64,000 bases of DNA from Lophium mytilinum. Taxonomy: Eukaryota. Each line of letters opens with the position of its first letter. The stretch's first letter is position 1. The position numbers and the translations under genes are program-made. The notes under the pieces were generated by a model, which saw only the letters and a program-made list of their open reading frames with translations, was not told the origin of the DNA and did no database searches. Positions 1-12,405 of the stretch are shown one piece after another. Location of the stretch: NCBI GenBank assembly GCA_010093605.1, contig MU004185.1, positions 2,191,334-2,255,333 of the forward strand, written 5' to 3'.

Positions 1-2423
1 CGAAGGTATACACGTTCTGTACCAAACCATATGCACCTTTTCGTGCAAGCTCTCTCAGGCAAGCGATGATTACTCGAGAACCCAGAGAGAACCCAACTAG
101 AGTGATTGGTCGTGATCCAAGATTGCGGTCGATCAACGAGTCCGCAAGAATAAGACCAGCAGCGTCTGCTCTTGCCTGCGACACCGTCCAAGGATTATCA
201 ATGAGGTACGACAGCTTCGTCAGAACGATAGGAAGAGTTAGTGCGCCCATGAGAGTAGTGAGAATTGTGCTGCCTAGAACTTGCTGCAAGCCTTGGGTGA
301 GAGCCTGGGAATATTAGAATGATTCAGTCCCACGGGCATCCCCAACATACCTCTGTTGCTAGAATATTGATGGTGTCACCCATACTTTGCAACATCTCTG
401 GCTCCCAGAAAACAGAGTATATATCTCCCATGACAGGGTCCACGGTGCTGTAAGGCAATCGAACGTCATCGATCTTGCCATTCATCCACCCTGAGATAGT
501 TACGATGAGATTGACCCTTTTATTGTTGTGCAATGGCCGATATTCAAAAGTCTTCACAGCGCCCGTTCGCCTGTTGGCCGCCCTCACTGCAACGGTGCCT
601 CCGCTAAGAACACCCGTAGTCGTAACAATGGCCGCACCGCCCGCACCGGCAAGAAAACCACCAGTTCCGGCTACACCAATTGTTGTGAAACCAGCTGCAA
701 GCCCTGCACCGATGACTGGGGCAAGAAGACCGGCCGATAATCCAATGACAAGACTACCCCCCACAGTGGCAAGGCCCATGAACACAAGGCGCCTGTTTCG
801 TGCCATTTTCTTGCGGTTTGCCATGTGCTCGTCTTCATTCCAATTCTCCTTGTCCGCTGCCTCTTGCATTTCTAAGGCGTCTGTCACTCGCTTCTCAAAG
901 CGGCAGATCTCTAGCCACGGGACGTCGAGATAACTTCCCACTTGCTCGAGAAGCTGCCTTGAGCGGGAATCGTAAATGGAATCGGCAATGAGGGTAAGAA
1001 AGAGATCACATAGTATCGTCCATCGGAGATCAATATCGATGTTTTTGGTATTAGGAAGCTGGGAAGGCATACGGACTTCGGGAAGTTCGTCCCCATCGTG
1101 TTGTTTGTATGGTGGCGGTGGAGAGTCATAGCGCTCGTACAAATTAACGCTCGATGCTGATCTGGTCTTCTCAAAAGCGGATTCTGGCCTGGGAGATGCT
1201 ATTGATTGCGGCCGGGGAGACGATATTGATCCCGGTCGGGGAGACGCAACTGATTCGGGACGGGGACACAATACTGACTCTGGTCGAGGAGATGCCACTG
1301 ACGCACGTCCGGAAGATGCTTCCTCGGCAACGGGATTTTTGACGCGTGAATTCTGCATGAGTGTCGGCGTGAGGTCGCTTGGCTCTACCCCATGCACCGA
1401 CAACTGCTCTATCATGACCTGCTCTGCGGCGTCTAGGTCCATATGACTATAAAGACGGACCATCATCTTTTGGCTCCACATTTTCATATGTTCAACCGCC
1501 AAATCCACCTCTTTCCTCGTGCCCTTTGTCCGTTCAAGGCCATCCAAATCCTTCGACATTTGAACCATGGCCAGCCTTGCGAGACCAACATAAGCGATGC
1601 GTTGTCCCTCTGTCAACAGCCCTTTAGTCGTCTGCATTTGTGCGAGTGGGTCCCGGGCCTCCTCATCGTCATCCTGAAGGTCTGTCCCCTTCTCCTTGAA
1701 TAGATAGGCAGTGTTATCGTCCATGCTTGTCGCAGACTGAGCATCTTCGTCAAGCTGTACCCTAGTATACCCCTTTGCAGCGCCTCCAAGGTTGCCATAA
1801 CCGTTGGTCTCTTCATCTGACTCGACAGCTTCCTTTGCAACCAGCTTGTTGTCATCGTTGTACATATCGAAGGGCGCATAGGCGGGCATTTCTTGCCAAT
1901 CGACATCGTCCTTTGTTTCGGTGGCCTCCTTATGCGTCTGTGGTGCAAGCTGCTGATGCGACCATTCTGACGCGGCAGCTGTAGGCTGGGTTTGCGAGTG
2001 CCCGCTGAGCAAGCTCTCGCGCCATTGTGCAGCTATCCGGTCTTGTTCGGAGAGTGGTTTCGTAGATTTCGGTTTCGATGTCTCTTCTGGTATGCCAGGA
2101 GCGGGAATGTCGGGAGTCTCTACATGGCCATTTGGGAGTACCTTCGAATCACCTTCCTTTCCAGGTGCCTCTGCCAGTTGAGGGCTCGGCGCCTCTGTCT
2201 GCTTCTGTACATGCTGTGGCTCCGGGCTCGAAGGCTTATTTTTCGGGGGGCTCAACTCCTCCGTTTTGACTTCAGTCCGGCGGCGTGGTTTTCTTATAGG
2301 CAGGCCAAAGTCGTCGAGCTCCACGGGCGAGGCGGGCCTCTGGGCAGGCTTCCCTTGCCCATCAGACTGCAATTCGGAGGTCGAGGGGGGGATTGTGGGG
2401 ACGGTGGAGGGCTCGTCCGGCAT
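1..2423 (-). CDS. DUF726 / TMCO4-family (yeast Mil1-like) membrane-associated alpha/beta-hydrolase-like protein; 3' end runs off the window
   Basis: ORF 324..2555 contains motifs typical of fungal DUF726 proteins (DLRWTILCDLFL, YDSRSRQLL, MGLATVGGSLVIGLSAGLLAP, GDIYSVFWEPEMLQSMG). Likely ATG at 2423 (MPDEP). Intron 305-350 (GTATGT...CAG), then the frame continues ALTQGLQQVLG towards position 1. Confidence 0.85.
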
Positions 2424-2869
2424 GGTGGTCGAGCTGCCGCCCAAGCATCCGCGGTCAGGGCAGTGTAGGGGCGCGGAGGAGATTAAGAGAGGCTCTTGGG
2501 GCGGTGGTAATGGTATATACAGGTCTCGAGCCCCGTTCCGCAGCCAGCAAGACAAAGGCGGGCAGGTGTGAGGAAGTCTCTCAGATGACGCTAGGGCTTA
2601 CGTTTCAGCCTCCATCGTACTATTATTCTATTCCAGCTCCAACCGCAAGCTATCCTTAGCTGTCACCTCACACTTTACAGAATACGTGCACTACCCCGTG
2701 TCCTTGCATCAGTCGAATAAATTGACTTTGTCAGGCGACCTCTACATACCCCCGTTTGACTTGCTCCAGCAAGGCCTCCGAGTTGACCTGGCTCGATCGC
2801 GAACCCGCAACCGTCAACGAGCTGACCGCAGCAACATTCACGACATTGCGCGCGGCGCATTCCTTCACG

Positions 2870-4232
2870 ATGGCTGCATTGGGATCGTACTTCCTGGACC
2901 TAGTCTATTCCTTCACGAACTGCATGGTGTGCTTCCCTGGCTCGCCGCAGCTGAAGATCAACACCCGGAGCTTCAAGATCTTGCGACTACTAGGAGAGGT
3001 ATGTCTCCTTACGGGCAGGGAATGCGGAATCCAGCAGCTGACATTTGTGCGAACATAGGGAGGATTCTCGTATGTCTACCTAGTGCAGGACACATCAAAC
3101 CAACAGTTATGGGCCCTGAAGAAGATACGATGTCCTTTCGGCCAGGAATCTGTCTCGCTCGCCTTGAAAGAGGTCGAGGCATACAGCCTCTTCTCTCCAC
3201 ACCCGAACATCATTCACAGCATAGACTATAGCGTAGCCTCGGACAAGTCTGATCCCGGTGCCAAAACGGTCTACATAGTCCTACCATATTACCGACGAGG
3301 GAATCTCCAGGACATGATCAACGCGAATCTGGTCAATCACACCAAGTTCCCGGAGAAGAGGCTCATGGTGCTATTCCTCGGGGTGTGCAGGGCCTTGAAG
3401 GCGATGCACCAGTACAAGGTGCAGGGCGGACCAGGCGGGGCCGCAAGCCAAAATAAAGCGAAAAGAGTCAGACAAGAAGCTGCGAGAGCTGATGCCGATG
3501 CTGCCGAGGAAGTCGAGATGAGTGCATCTAGGAGGAGAGGGGCGAACGGGAACCAAGATCAGGAGGAAATGGAGCAAGAGCCCCTTATGGAAGACGAGGT
3601 CACAATCAGTCAGGAGGGTATAGCCCCTGGAGGTGAACGAGCATATGCACATCGGGACATCAAACCTGGTAAGCTTGGGTGAAAAGCGATATATAAACAT
3701 ACAAGGCCAAGCTAACCCCGCTAAAGGAAACATCATGATCGCAGATGATGGCAAGACACCGATTCTTATGGATCTCGGCTCATTAGCACCTTCTCCAACA
3801 CCTATCACGTCACGCTCTCTGGCTCTTGCGGTGCAGGATACCGCCGGTGAGCACAGCACAATGCCATATCGCGCCCCTGAGCTCTTCGATGTGAAGACTG
3901 GAAGCACTATTGACACCAAAGTCGACATCTGGTCACTCGGCTGCACTCTATACGCTTGCTTAGTCGGAAAGTCGCCATTCGAAGCCCGCTCCGAGGAGAC
4001 TGGTGGCAGTCTGAGTATGTGTGTCTTGGGTGGCGACTGGAGATTCCCTGATGAGGTTCCCCACAGGGGTAAGCAACCAGCCCCAATTGAAGAAGCCATA
4101 AGCGACAACGTCAAAGAGGTTGTCAGGAAGTGTCTACAAGTCGAGGCGAGTGAACGACCTGACGTTGATGAATTGATCAGGATAGTGGAGGACGTCATCG
4201 TGACTCTACCTGGGGACGGGACGGAGGAGTAA
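2870..4232 (+). CDS. ENV7: Ser/Thr protein kinase, Env7/STK16 (NAK family)-like
   Basis: Exons 2870-2998, 3059-3668, 3727-4232 with GT-AG introns. LGEGGFSYVYL glycine loop (after splicing), ALKKI, HRDIKPGNIM, DLGS, TMPYRAPELF, DIWSLGCTLY. Cys-containing N-terminus (NCMVCFP). Confidence 0.88.
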
Positions 4233-4613
4233 TGTGCTTGCATTCCCCTTGTCATTTGGCGTTCTGGGGCAATCCACTTAAAAGTGATGGATTGTGTAAG
4301 AGTAGGAACATTGGAAATGGTTCAATGGGGTTCCCGTTGGAGTGATTCTTTATTGCAGCGATCTTTTCGTGGCATTTGCTGTCACGAGCCTCGACTCTTA
4401 GCATGTACAAACTGTTCAGTGGCGGTTTCAGATGAATTCATCCATATGGCCTTCAAATATTGTGCTGCCTTCCTTCCGCTCGTGGCACTCGTGTTACGTA
4501 CGGTATATGGTGACATCCGTCACGAGGCATCCAAGAAGACAGCCATAATCTACAGCAATAGAAGAACTGCGGCTATGCACCTGCTCTAACAGTGAGTAGA
4601 CTACAAGAGATCA

Positions 4614-4626
4614 AAATACAAAAAAA
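4614..4626 (-). terminator. RNA polymerase III oligo-T terminator of the tRNA-Ile gene
   Basis: TTTTTTTGTATTTT on the minus strand, starting 3 nt after the discriminator base. Confidence 0.7.
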
Positions 4627-4628
4627 GA

Positions 4629-4788
4629 TACTCCGTGTGGGGGTCGAACCCACGACATCCGCATTACCAGACGGTCATATAACTCTGACGAATCATATAA
4701 GAACGGCGCGCTACCACCTATGTATCGAATCAGCAACTATTTCATTCGAAGATCGACGTCCGGCGTTGACTTACTGCGCCAACGGAGT
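4629..4788 (-). tRNA. tRNA-Ile (anticodon UAU) with two intervening sequences: a canonical 31-nt tRNA intron (4665-4695) and a 57-nt spliceosomal-type insertion in the D-loop (4718-4774)
   Basis: Joining 4788-4775, 4717-4696 and 4664-4629 gives ACTCCGTTGGCGCAGTGGTAGCGCGCCGTTCTTATAATGCGGATGTCGTGGGTTCGACCCCCACACGGAGTA. Acceptor stem ACTCCGT/ACGGAGT, D stem GCGC/GCGC, anticodon TAT at 4699-4697, T arm GTGGG-TTCGACC-CCCAC, discriminator A, followed by a T-run. Confidence 0.9.
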
Positions 4789-5468
4789 TGTTCCGGTCGT
4801 TTTCTCGATCTGAGAATGAAAGGATTTTGGGCCAAGGTGAAATTTTGTTGTATATGACCCATAGATTGGAGCGGGGTCCGAACCGCTTTTACTGTGGCCC
4901 CTAATCGCAGCCGCCTACTTTAAATTCACTTCAAGATTACGTAACTTTTAATAGGTAACTAGCTCTCAAATTCCACAGCACTATGTCATGATAGTCTCAA
5001 ATACTACGGCTGGAAACGCTGTATTGTGTAGCACGTCAGAAGTGGAAGTAATTGAGGAATGCTATTCTTAATTTAGACGGCTTTGAGCGGGGGCACGGAT
5101 GTCACCTTACGACTTCGGAAGGCGGCTGGGGTAGCTCAACATCACCATCAACTCCAATTCTCCGAGCGACCTCGGACGTTATCAAATTGATCTCCCTCGG
5201 ATTTAGGGCCTGTAGTAAGAGTCCCGAAGCCTACTCGCATCTTTTGTTCAGGCAATCGGGCAATCGAAACCTCCCGCGTCAGCTCGTTGCCTTCCCAATA
5301 CACCGCCTGGGCATCACCGTATTGCCTCACTATCCGCCTCACGGACTCTGAGGCGTGCGCCCTGTAGTTGAGTCATCGAAGTAAAGCTCTTGCCTTGAGA
5401 TAAAGCTCAAGCTGCCTTGACGCTTCTCCTCTCGTCAACTATTGCCCATCATCCTCCTCTAGACCGCT

Positions 5469-7847
5469 ATGACCATTCGAGCAACCAAGTTCACGCCAAA
5501 GGTGCTCCTCAGCGCCCCCCGGCGATCTGCAGGCGTACCAAATGCAGACGGTTCCAGGATTCTGTACTCGGTATCCACGTATTCATTCGCAGACCACTCG
5601 AGGAAGACGGAGATTCGAGTGCTCGATGTGTTGACTCAGACTTCCGGGCTCATCACAGATGCCGCCGGTGCCAGTGAGCCGAATTGGCTCGGCGATGATC
5701 ATGTTCTTGTCTTGGTGCCAGGTGATGCGGGAACGACAAAGCTGGTAGCTGGGAATGTTGATAACTTTGAAAACAGGTGCGTTGCTTCTCATATCACTCC
5801 GAACTGAGGCATCGAAGTTGTTGCTTGGGGAAAGACCCATTGCCAATAATTTAGCGTGTGCGCTATAGTAACTTGGCTGAAGAAGTCAACGAAGACTGAT
5901 CTGTCAACAGCAGCTATGAGGCCGGCGTCATCGATTCAGGTGCTAGCAACCTCAAACTCGTGTCCATAGGAGAGAACGAATTTGCTGTTGCAGTGACTGC
6001 TGAGGCTAATCCTAAGGGCGAGCTCTACAATCCATCAACTGCACCAAAGCCGCTATCATCAGGTAAGCTCTATAAGTCTCTCTTCGTGAGACACTGGGAC
6101 CAGTATGTTACGAAGAACCGCAACTCCATCTGGCTGGGCACGATCTCGAAACCATCATCGGAAACCAACAGCCATGCAAGATATAAGCTGTCACCGTTGG
6201 TCAATGCCCTGGCCGGTACAGGCTTGGAATCCCCTATCCCAACATTTGGCGGCAGTGATCATTTCGACATAAGCCCGAAAGCATTGATTTTCGCCGCCAA
6301 AGACCCTGATCTAAATCCAGCGACACATACCAAAGTCAATGTCTACTTGATCGAAATTCAAGACTTCTCTAGGCCGTCAGTATCGAAGCCGAAGAAAGTG
6401 GAAACATTCGGGTTTGAAGGGGCCAGCACGTCAACAGTCCTTTCTCCCGATGGAAAACAAGCCGCTTTCCTCTCAATGTGCCAGGATGGCTACGAAGCTG
6501 ATAAGAACCATCTCTTCATTGTTCCTGACGTCAGGCGGCCGTCTTGGGTAGTTCATGCGTATGCCTCAGCAGACGGTAAAGGGGGCTGGCCTCTCAGTCC
6601 TGGAGGTATCATATGGAGCGCGGACAGCAAGACGTTGTACTTGTTGGCAGAGGATAAAGGACGAGTTTGTTTGTTTCAGACCTCCGCCCAGGGCAAGGAG
6701 CTTCCCGAACTGATTATGACTGGTGGCACTATTAGTGGTAAATATGTATCTTTCTTGGGATTCGGAAATGACGTTAACACTAGCTAGATATTCGACCATT
6801 GAAAACGGGAGATGTGTTTGTATCATCAAACAGTCTGATCGACAACAGCACATACTATCTCACCAACAGCTCCCATAATCACACTGTGTTATCTTCCAAC
6901 TCCCGCGACGGTGCCATGTTTGGTCTCTCACACAAACAAATTAGGGAGGTTTCCTGGCCTGGAGCAGCAGACGGCACCCTAGTGCACGCATGGGTAGTAG
7001 TACCGTCTACCTTCAACGTAAAGGAGAAATACCCACTGGCGTACCTAATCCATGGCGGGCCACAAGGAGCCTGGCTAGATGGTTGGAGCACCCGATGGAA
7101 CCCGGCCGTGTTTGCTGAGCAAGGCTACGTCGTCGTCTGCCCCAATCCCACGGGAAGCAGTGGATACGGACAAGACTTCACAGACGCCATCCAGGACCAA
7201 TGGGGAGGGCTACCCTATCAAGACATTGCCAAAGGCTTTGACTGGATTGAGCAGAACATGGACTTTGTAGACACGAGCCGCGCTGTGGCTCTTGGTGCAT
7301 CCTATGGTAAGAACCGAAGAGCTCTTTCATGTGGCTAGTGGCTGACCGTATTGCAGGAGGATATATGATGAACTGGGTCCAAGGCCAAGACCTAGGACGG
7401 AAGTTCAAAGCCCTCGTCACTCATGATGGAGTCTTCAGTATGGCCGGGCAGATGGGAAGCGAAGAGCTGTACTTCCCGTTCCACGAGTTCAAGGGCAGCC
7501 TCTGGGCCAACCGAGAGGGTTGGCTCAAATGGGACCCCTCGAGATTCACCGAGAATTGGGCTACCCCACACCTCATCATTCACAGCGAGCTGGACTACCG
7601 TCTTACCATTAGCGAAGGGCTGGCTGCATTCAATACCCTTCAGGTCAAGGGGATTGAGAGTCAGTTTCTTACCTTCCCAGACGAGAATCACTGGGTTTTG
7701 AAGCCAGAGAACTCTTTGCTCTGGCACACTGTTGTGCTTGATTGGATCAATGAGCATGTTGGGCTGCCATCGTACTCGAGTACTAGTAAAAGCGAGGATA
7801 TCAAAAGTGACGCTTTAGTTGAAGGAGTTCAGGGCCTGAGTCTGTAG
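5469..7847 (+). CDS. Dipeptidyl-peptidase V-like S9 (prolyl oligopeptidase family) peptidase
   Basis: Exons about 5469-5776, 5911-6737, 6788-7306, 7357-7847. Motifs LFVRHWD, IHGGPQGAW, WSTRWNP, GASYGG (nucleophile Ser; motif split by an intron), DYRL, FPDENHW. No obvious signal peptide. Confidence 0.9.
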
Positions 7848-8217
7848 TCACTTTTCTCTTTGCTCCAAAAGCCAAGCAGACCTGTGACCTACTTAATTTC
7901 TCGTAGGAAAAGTAATGAAAAATGATCACTTTGTTGCCAACATCAGCTTTGACCTGATTGTAAATATTCTTAGTCGTGAGACCTCGCCAGCACTGACCAT
8001 CACGTGACTTAAGTTTGCGGCTAGTCCAAAAAGTTGTCAGCGATTCCACCCGGCTTCTCACGTCCGCCCAACACTCCTTCGCCAAACCGACTACCACGCG
8101 CGCCCACCCCCTTCGCAGAGCTCCGCGCATCCTCTCAGGGCACCACACGACCAGCGGCCCCTCTCTATCCCGCCATTGACCTCTCCCCGACCCCGTCACG
8201 CTCCTACTCCAACCACA

Positions 8218-8727
8218 ATGTCCACCTCTGTGGGGGTCAACGTACGTCCACCCACCCCCAATGCGAGCTATCAACAGCTCGCCCCGCCCATTCTACACGC
8301 TCTAGCCATCTAGAAATACCGTCGCACAGCTAACCGGGATGGATTACAGGTGCTCCGATGGTCCGCGCTGGGCTTCGGCGTCTTCTACGGCCTCACGCAC
8401 CAGATGTCGCTGTCGTCGCGGGAGAAGCTGGCGGCGATAAACCGCGAATACAAGCACAAGGAGGACCTGATCGCGAAGGCGAAGGCCGAGTGGGTGAAGA
8501 AGACGTTGCCGGCGGGCGCGAAGTCCGCGAGTGGTGATCGTATGTTTTTCATCCCTGATTTGCTCCGTAGCTCCGCGACGGCTTCTATGGGAGTGACAAC
8601 GCCGCGGAAGCTGGATATATGGTGGAAAGGATTGGACTAATGCGGTTGGGCAGTTATTACGGATCCGGAAAACCCGAAGTTCGATCTCGAGGCGTACTTG
8701 ACGCTGAAGGCGGCAGATGAGGCATAA
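8218..8727 (+). CDS. TIM11: Mitochondrial F1Fo ATP synthase subunit e
   Basis: Exons 8218-8241, 8350-8539, 8654-8727 give MSTSVGVN-VLRWSALGFGVFYGLTHQ...LIAKAKAEW...LITDPENPKFDLEAYL. GxxxG transmembrane segment and the DP..P.FDLE tail match fungal subunit e. Confidence 0.88.
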
Positions 8728-9325
8728 AGGCATTGGAAGAGTGGTGTTGGGTGCGCAGGTGGTCGATTGCATTGGGCTTGGATGATATAAAGAGGTCCTT
8801 GTGAGCGTGAACGCATTGAGGGGGAGCAATAATCGGGCAATAAGCTGAGCCCTGATGAGAGGGGGGCTGCGCTGGAGATACGTATCTCGAGTCGGGTACC
8901 TCCGTTGTATTACCTGTACCTACTGTACAATATAGACTTGTCTTTGTTGGTCAGGTTCACTTTCACGTTTACGTCAATTGTGGATTATCACGATTTCGTG
9001 TCTATTCTGCTAATGCGCGTTGAAGCTTTGAGAATTCTTCTACACTCAGCGAAAACATGAAAGGCCGCTGGAAATAGCTTCTTAGTGTGTTCAAGCCGCG
9101 TCGCTTTCTTTCATCGATACGATCGAGATGGATGGAGACAACATGGAGCGTCTGTCGACGACAATGGAAGTTCTGTCATTTCTGACGCTGATTCTATGCT
9201 GTTGGGCTAATGTTCCTGGAGAAAAGCTGGGCAGAGAGAATCAGGAATCAAGATATGGTACAGCTGGACGAAAGTACCTGTCCGATGAACAAATGGAGCT
9301 TCAGTAGATGTGTGTGTGTCCGTCC

Positions 9326-11497
9326 TTACACTATCTCAAAGTTTCGCAACGACGCTTCTTCTTTAACGCCGACCTTCCGATGCTCTTTATCAAGGGATTC
9401 AAGACCGAACATATCCAGTACAACTTGTTGTTTCAGTTCCTCCTCTTCTAAATTGATATGGACGGAAAATGCTCCCACACGCCTATGAAGATCAGAGCCA
9501 GCCTCTAAGGCGGATAGAGCAAGGCCGCAGATTTCCATGACCTTTTTCTCTTCAACCTTTTCCGACGATGGGTAGTACTTGACACCGATCACTGCAAGGT
9601 CTACTATGCTGCAATCCGGGATAGTTTGTCCATCCCACGATAGCTGGACCGCAGCAGGATCGCCACTAACAGGGCGGATGAAAAGTGTATCGTCTAGTTG
9701 GAGGTCCTCGGGGATTTCTACTATCGTCCAAGGCGCCCGAAGGGTTAATTGACCGTTCACAACTCTGCCTGTGGGATCTCCTCCTACCGTGTTCACAATG
9801 ACATCTTGTACGCGACAGAGAGTAGTCTCAATACGTCCAAAAGTCACTAGGCCGTCAATTGATGCCCAAGACCAGCTAGGAGCTCTGTAAGTGGCTGAAG
9901 AACGCCCACACGCATTCTCCAGCCTGCCGTACTTAGCCATCCAGCCATCGAAAAACATATGACCCACTGGTTTTGCCCACGCCAGGGAGTATGGCAGCGC
10001 AGACTTCCAGTGGCCTGCGAAATACTCATCTTGTGTTCGTTGCTGGAAAAGTTTCGCCAGTCCAGAAAGCGCGACTAATTTATCCTCGGTGTTGGTAAGA
10101 GCAAGTGTGCTGTACCTCTCGACGATCGAATTCCAATGAAAGCCGACTATCATATTCCTATAAAACCTGGTATTCTGCGAGTGAAAATCCAATCCACCTT
10201 CGGAAAAGGGATGATTCATCTGTAAGGATGCCCCAGGTGCGTTTCCTTCTGGCCATGTTTCACATGCCTCTAAGCTTCGACACGCCCAATGCACCTGGTT
10301 CATTCCAAAATACACTGCTCGAGGAGCTAGAAGAAGCTCTTGCAGTATCCACCCTCGCGAGGATACTTCACAACTGAACATCTCTCGCGTGTGGTACCTC
10401 TCGTCAACGATAGAATCAAACCGTAACCAAACATCGTAAACAGGGTCACTTTTGCGACCAGATATCGTGTCTCCAATTCGGAGAGCCTCGTGGCTTCTGG
10501 TGCGAAAGAACGACGTATGCGGGTCTTTCCCGAAGGTTGCCACAAGATTGCAGCTTGAATTGGCGTAGATGCTTGACATCTGCGCACACTCTTGATCGAA
10601 GTCCTGTTGGCAGTCCTGAATTATGCACCTGTAGAAGATTGAGCAGAGAGCTCTACCCAGTTCCACTTGACACCCATCACTTACAAAGCATCAATCCAGA
10701 TATAGCGGATGCCGAGGTCCTTTGTAATCGAAATCGCGTCTTGAAACACTTGAGGCAAGTTTGATATCGGTGAACCTGCCCGGAAGCTCGCCAGGGACTG
10801 TGACGTAAGCTTTAGAAATTGTGCATCGCCCCAGCGATAGCTCAATGTTGTGTATTCAGAAACTAAGATACCATCCATTGCGGGAATACAAACCTTCCAT
10901 GCTGTTGAAGAGACCGTCCCTATGTCAAGCACACGGGTCGGCGTCCAGTCCCCGATGTCGAAAGTTGCACAGCCAGAGTGTTTCGCGGAGCATGTTTTGA
11001 GCCAAGAGCGAAGAAGACCACGGGTCTGACACGAGGAGGTACTCAATGACAGGCTATTGGGAGAAAGGCATTCTGGGTTGCACACTTAGCTCGACTTCGT
11101 TGGAAACCATAGAGTTACTAGCAAGAGAGGATTTACCTTGTGACTGGTACACTCTGAACGTCATTTGTCGGCGGTTTGGTGTTCGAATCTCCACGAAATT
11201 GTATTTTTTGGGATCATCCAACCTCAACATAGCGCGATACGTTGTGAACGGTTTTTGTACTGGCTGTCGACTTTCATCGAAGGGAGTATGCCCATCTAAT
11301 CCAGATATAAATTCCCTGATACGAGTGCAAATAAAGCATCCTTCCTCTACCGCAGCTTGGAGAGTGGCAAAAGTCTCATGGTGTTGCAAGTACTTTGCCG
11401 TGGGCCAGTCGCTCTCTAGGAATACGGCTGGATCTACCGAAGACTGTACTCTGACAAGTGATGCAGAGCCCTTGCCTTTCAAGTGAGCGAACGCCAT
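9326..11497 (-). CDS. HET-domain (heterokaryon incompatibility, PF06985-type) protein
   Basis: Spliced from ORFs 11054..11674, 10681..11085 and 9326..10666: HHETFATLQAAVEEGCFIC, PTRVLDI, YTTLSYRWG, LPQVFQDAI, IRYIWIDAL|CIIQD, MSSIYANS, RGWILQE, DKLVALSGLA, APSWSWAS. Start codon is uncertain. Confidence 0.88.
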
Positions 11498-12405
11498 CTT
11501 CGGTTGCCATGTTTTAGTTGTGATTTTAGCAACGGCGATGACTATGCTTGGGGATTGAAATGTCGTGAGGGAGCCTGCACAGACACGGCGAGGTTGCCTT
11601 GGAGGTGCGAAAGTAGGCCTTCCCAGGCTCGGAGTTTCCGAGCTCCGACCATTACGCAGGTTCAGTCCGTTCATCGAAAGATATCGAGATCCTTCCTTGA
11701 TTGGAGCAACTGCTAAGAGGGGAATTTACATAACGTTCAACTGGAGGTCAACAGCATATTCGAGTCCAGATATTTATCACGCGATAGCCTTCCGGAACTA
11801 TCTTAGGACTAGATCATTTTGGGGCCGCTCAGCGTTATTAAGATGGAAAAGCAACTAAAGCTTGTTGTGGAGTCAAAACATGTCGTAAAGGTAGGTTGAG
11901 CGACAGGAGGAGAAATCATAGAATATGCAATAGGTGCTGAGTAACCCTACTAAACAAGAAAGCGCCTGGCACCACATATTCCGATCTCCAGGCGCCATTA
12001 CTATTAGGGCAGCTTACCCCTATTGCATACAGTTGACTAGAAAATCTAACTTATACAGTGGCGCATGTTATAAAATGAACTAATCAATGAGGTTGAAGTT
12101 GAAGTTGAAGTTGAGTATCTTGTGAAGTAGCAATGCAATCTACGGATACTAAAGTAATAATAGGCTAAGTCAAGCTTAGCGTATCTTACTTATAAGTGGG
12201 AAATATGGCGCTCTACTGTTTTCCGACGGGGCCTATTTTGAGAACTTATATCGACGGAAGGGCCAAATGAGAGACCTTTCTTCGCTGTCCATACTAATCA
12301 ACTATCCTCCCTATTCTTCAGTGACCCTTTTCTTTACTATTCTATATATATCGCCATCTAATTTGGAAATAGGTATACGATAACTTAACGAGTCTTCCCA
12401 CAGCT

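Noticed and set aside
4592..4813. 73-aa ORF over the tRNA locus
   Set aside because: Non-ATG start and antisense to a well-formed tRNA; spurious.
8242..8653. Longer-than-average introns in ATP synthase subunit e as snoRNA hosts
   Set aside because: No C box (RTGATGA)/D box pair or H/ACA hairpin could be identified.
12092..12113. (GTTGAA)n microsatellite
   Set aside because: Only 3-4 copies; ordinary.
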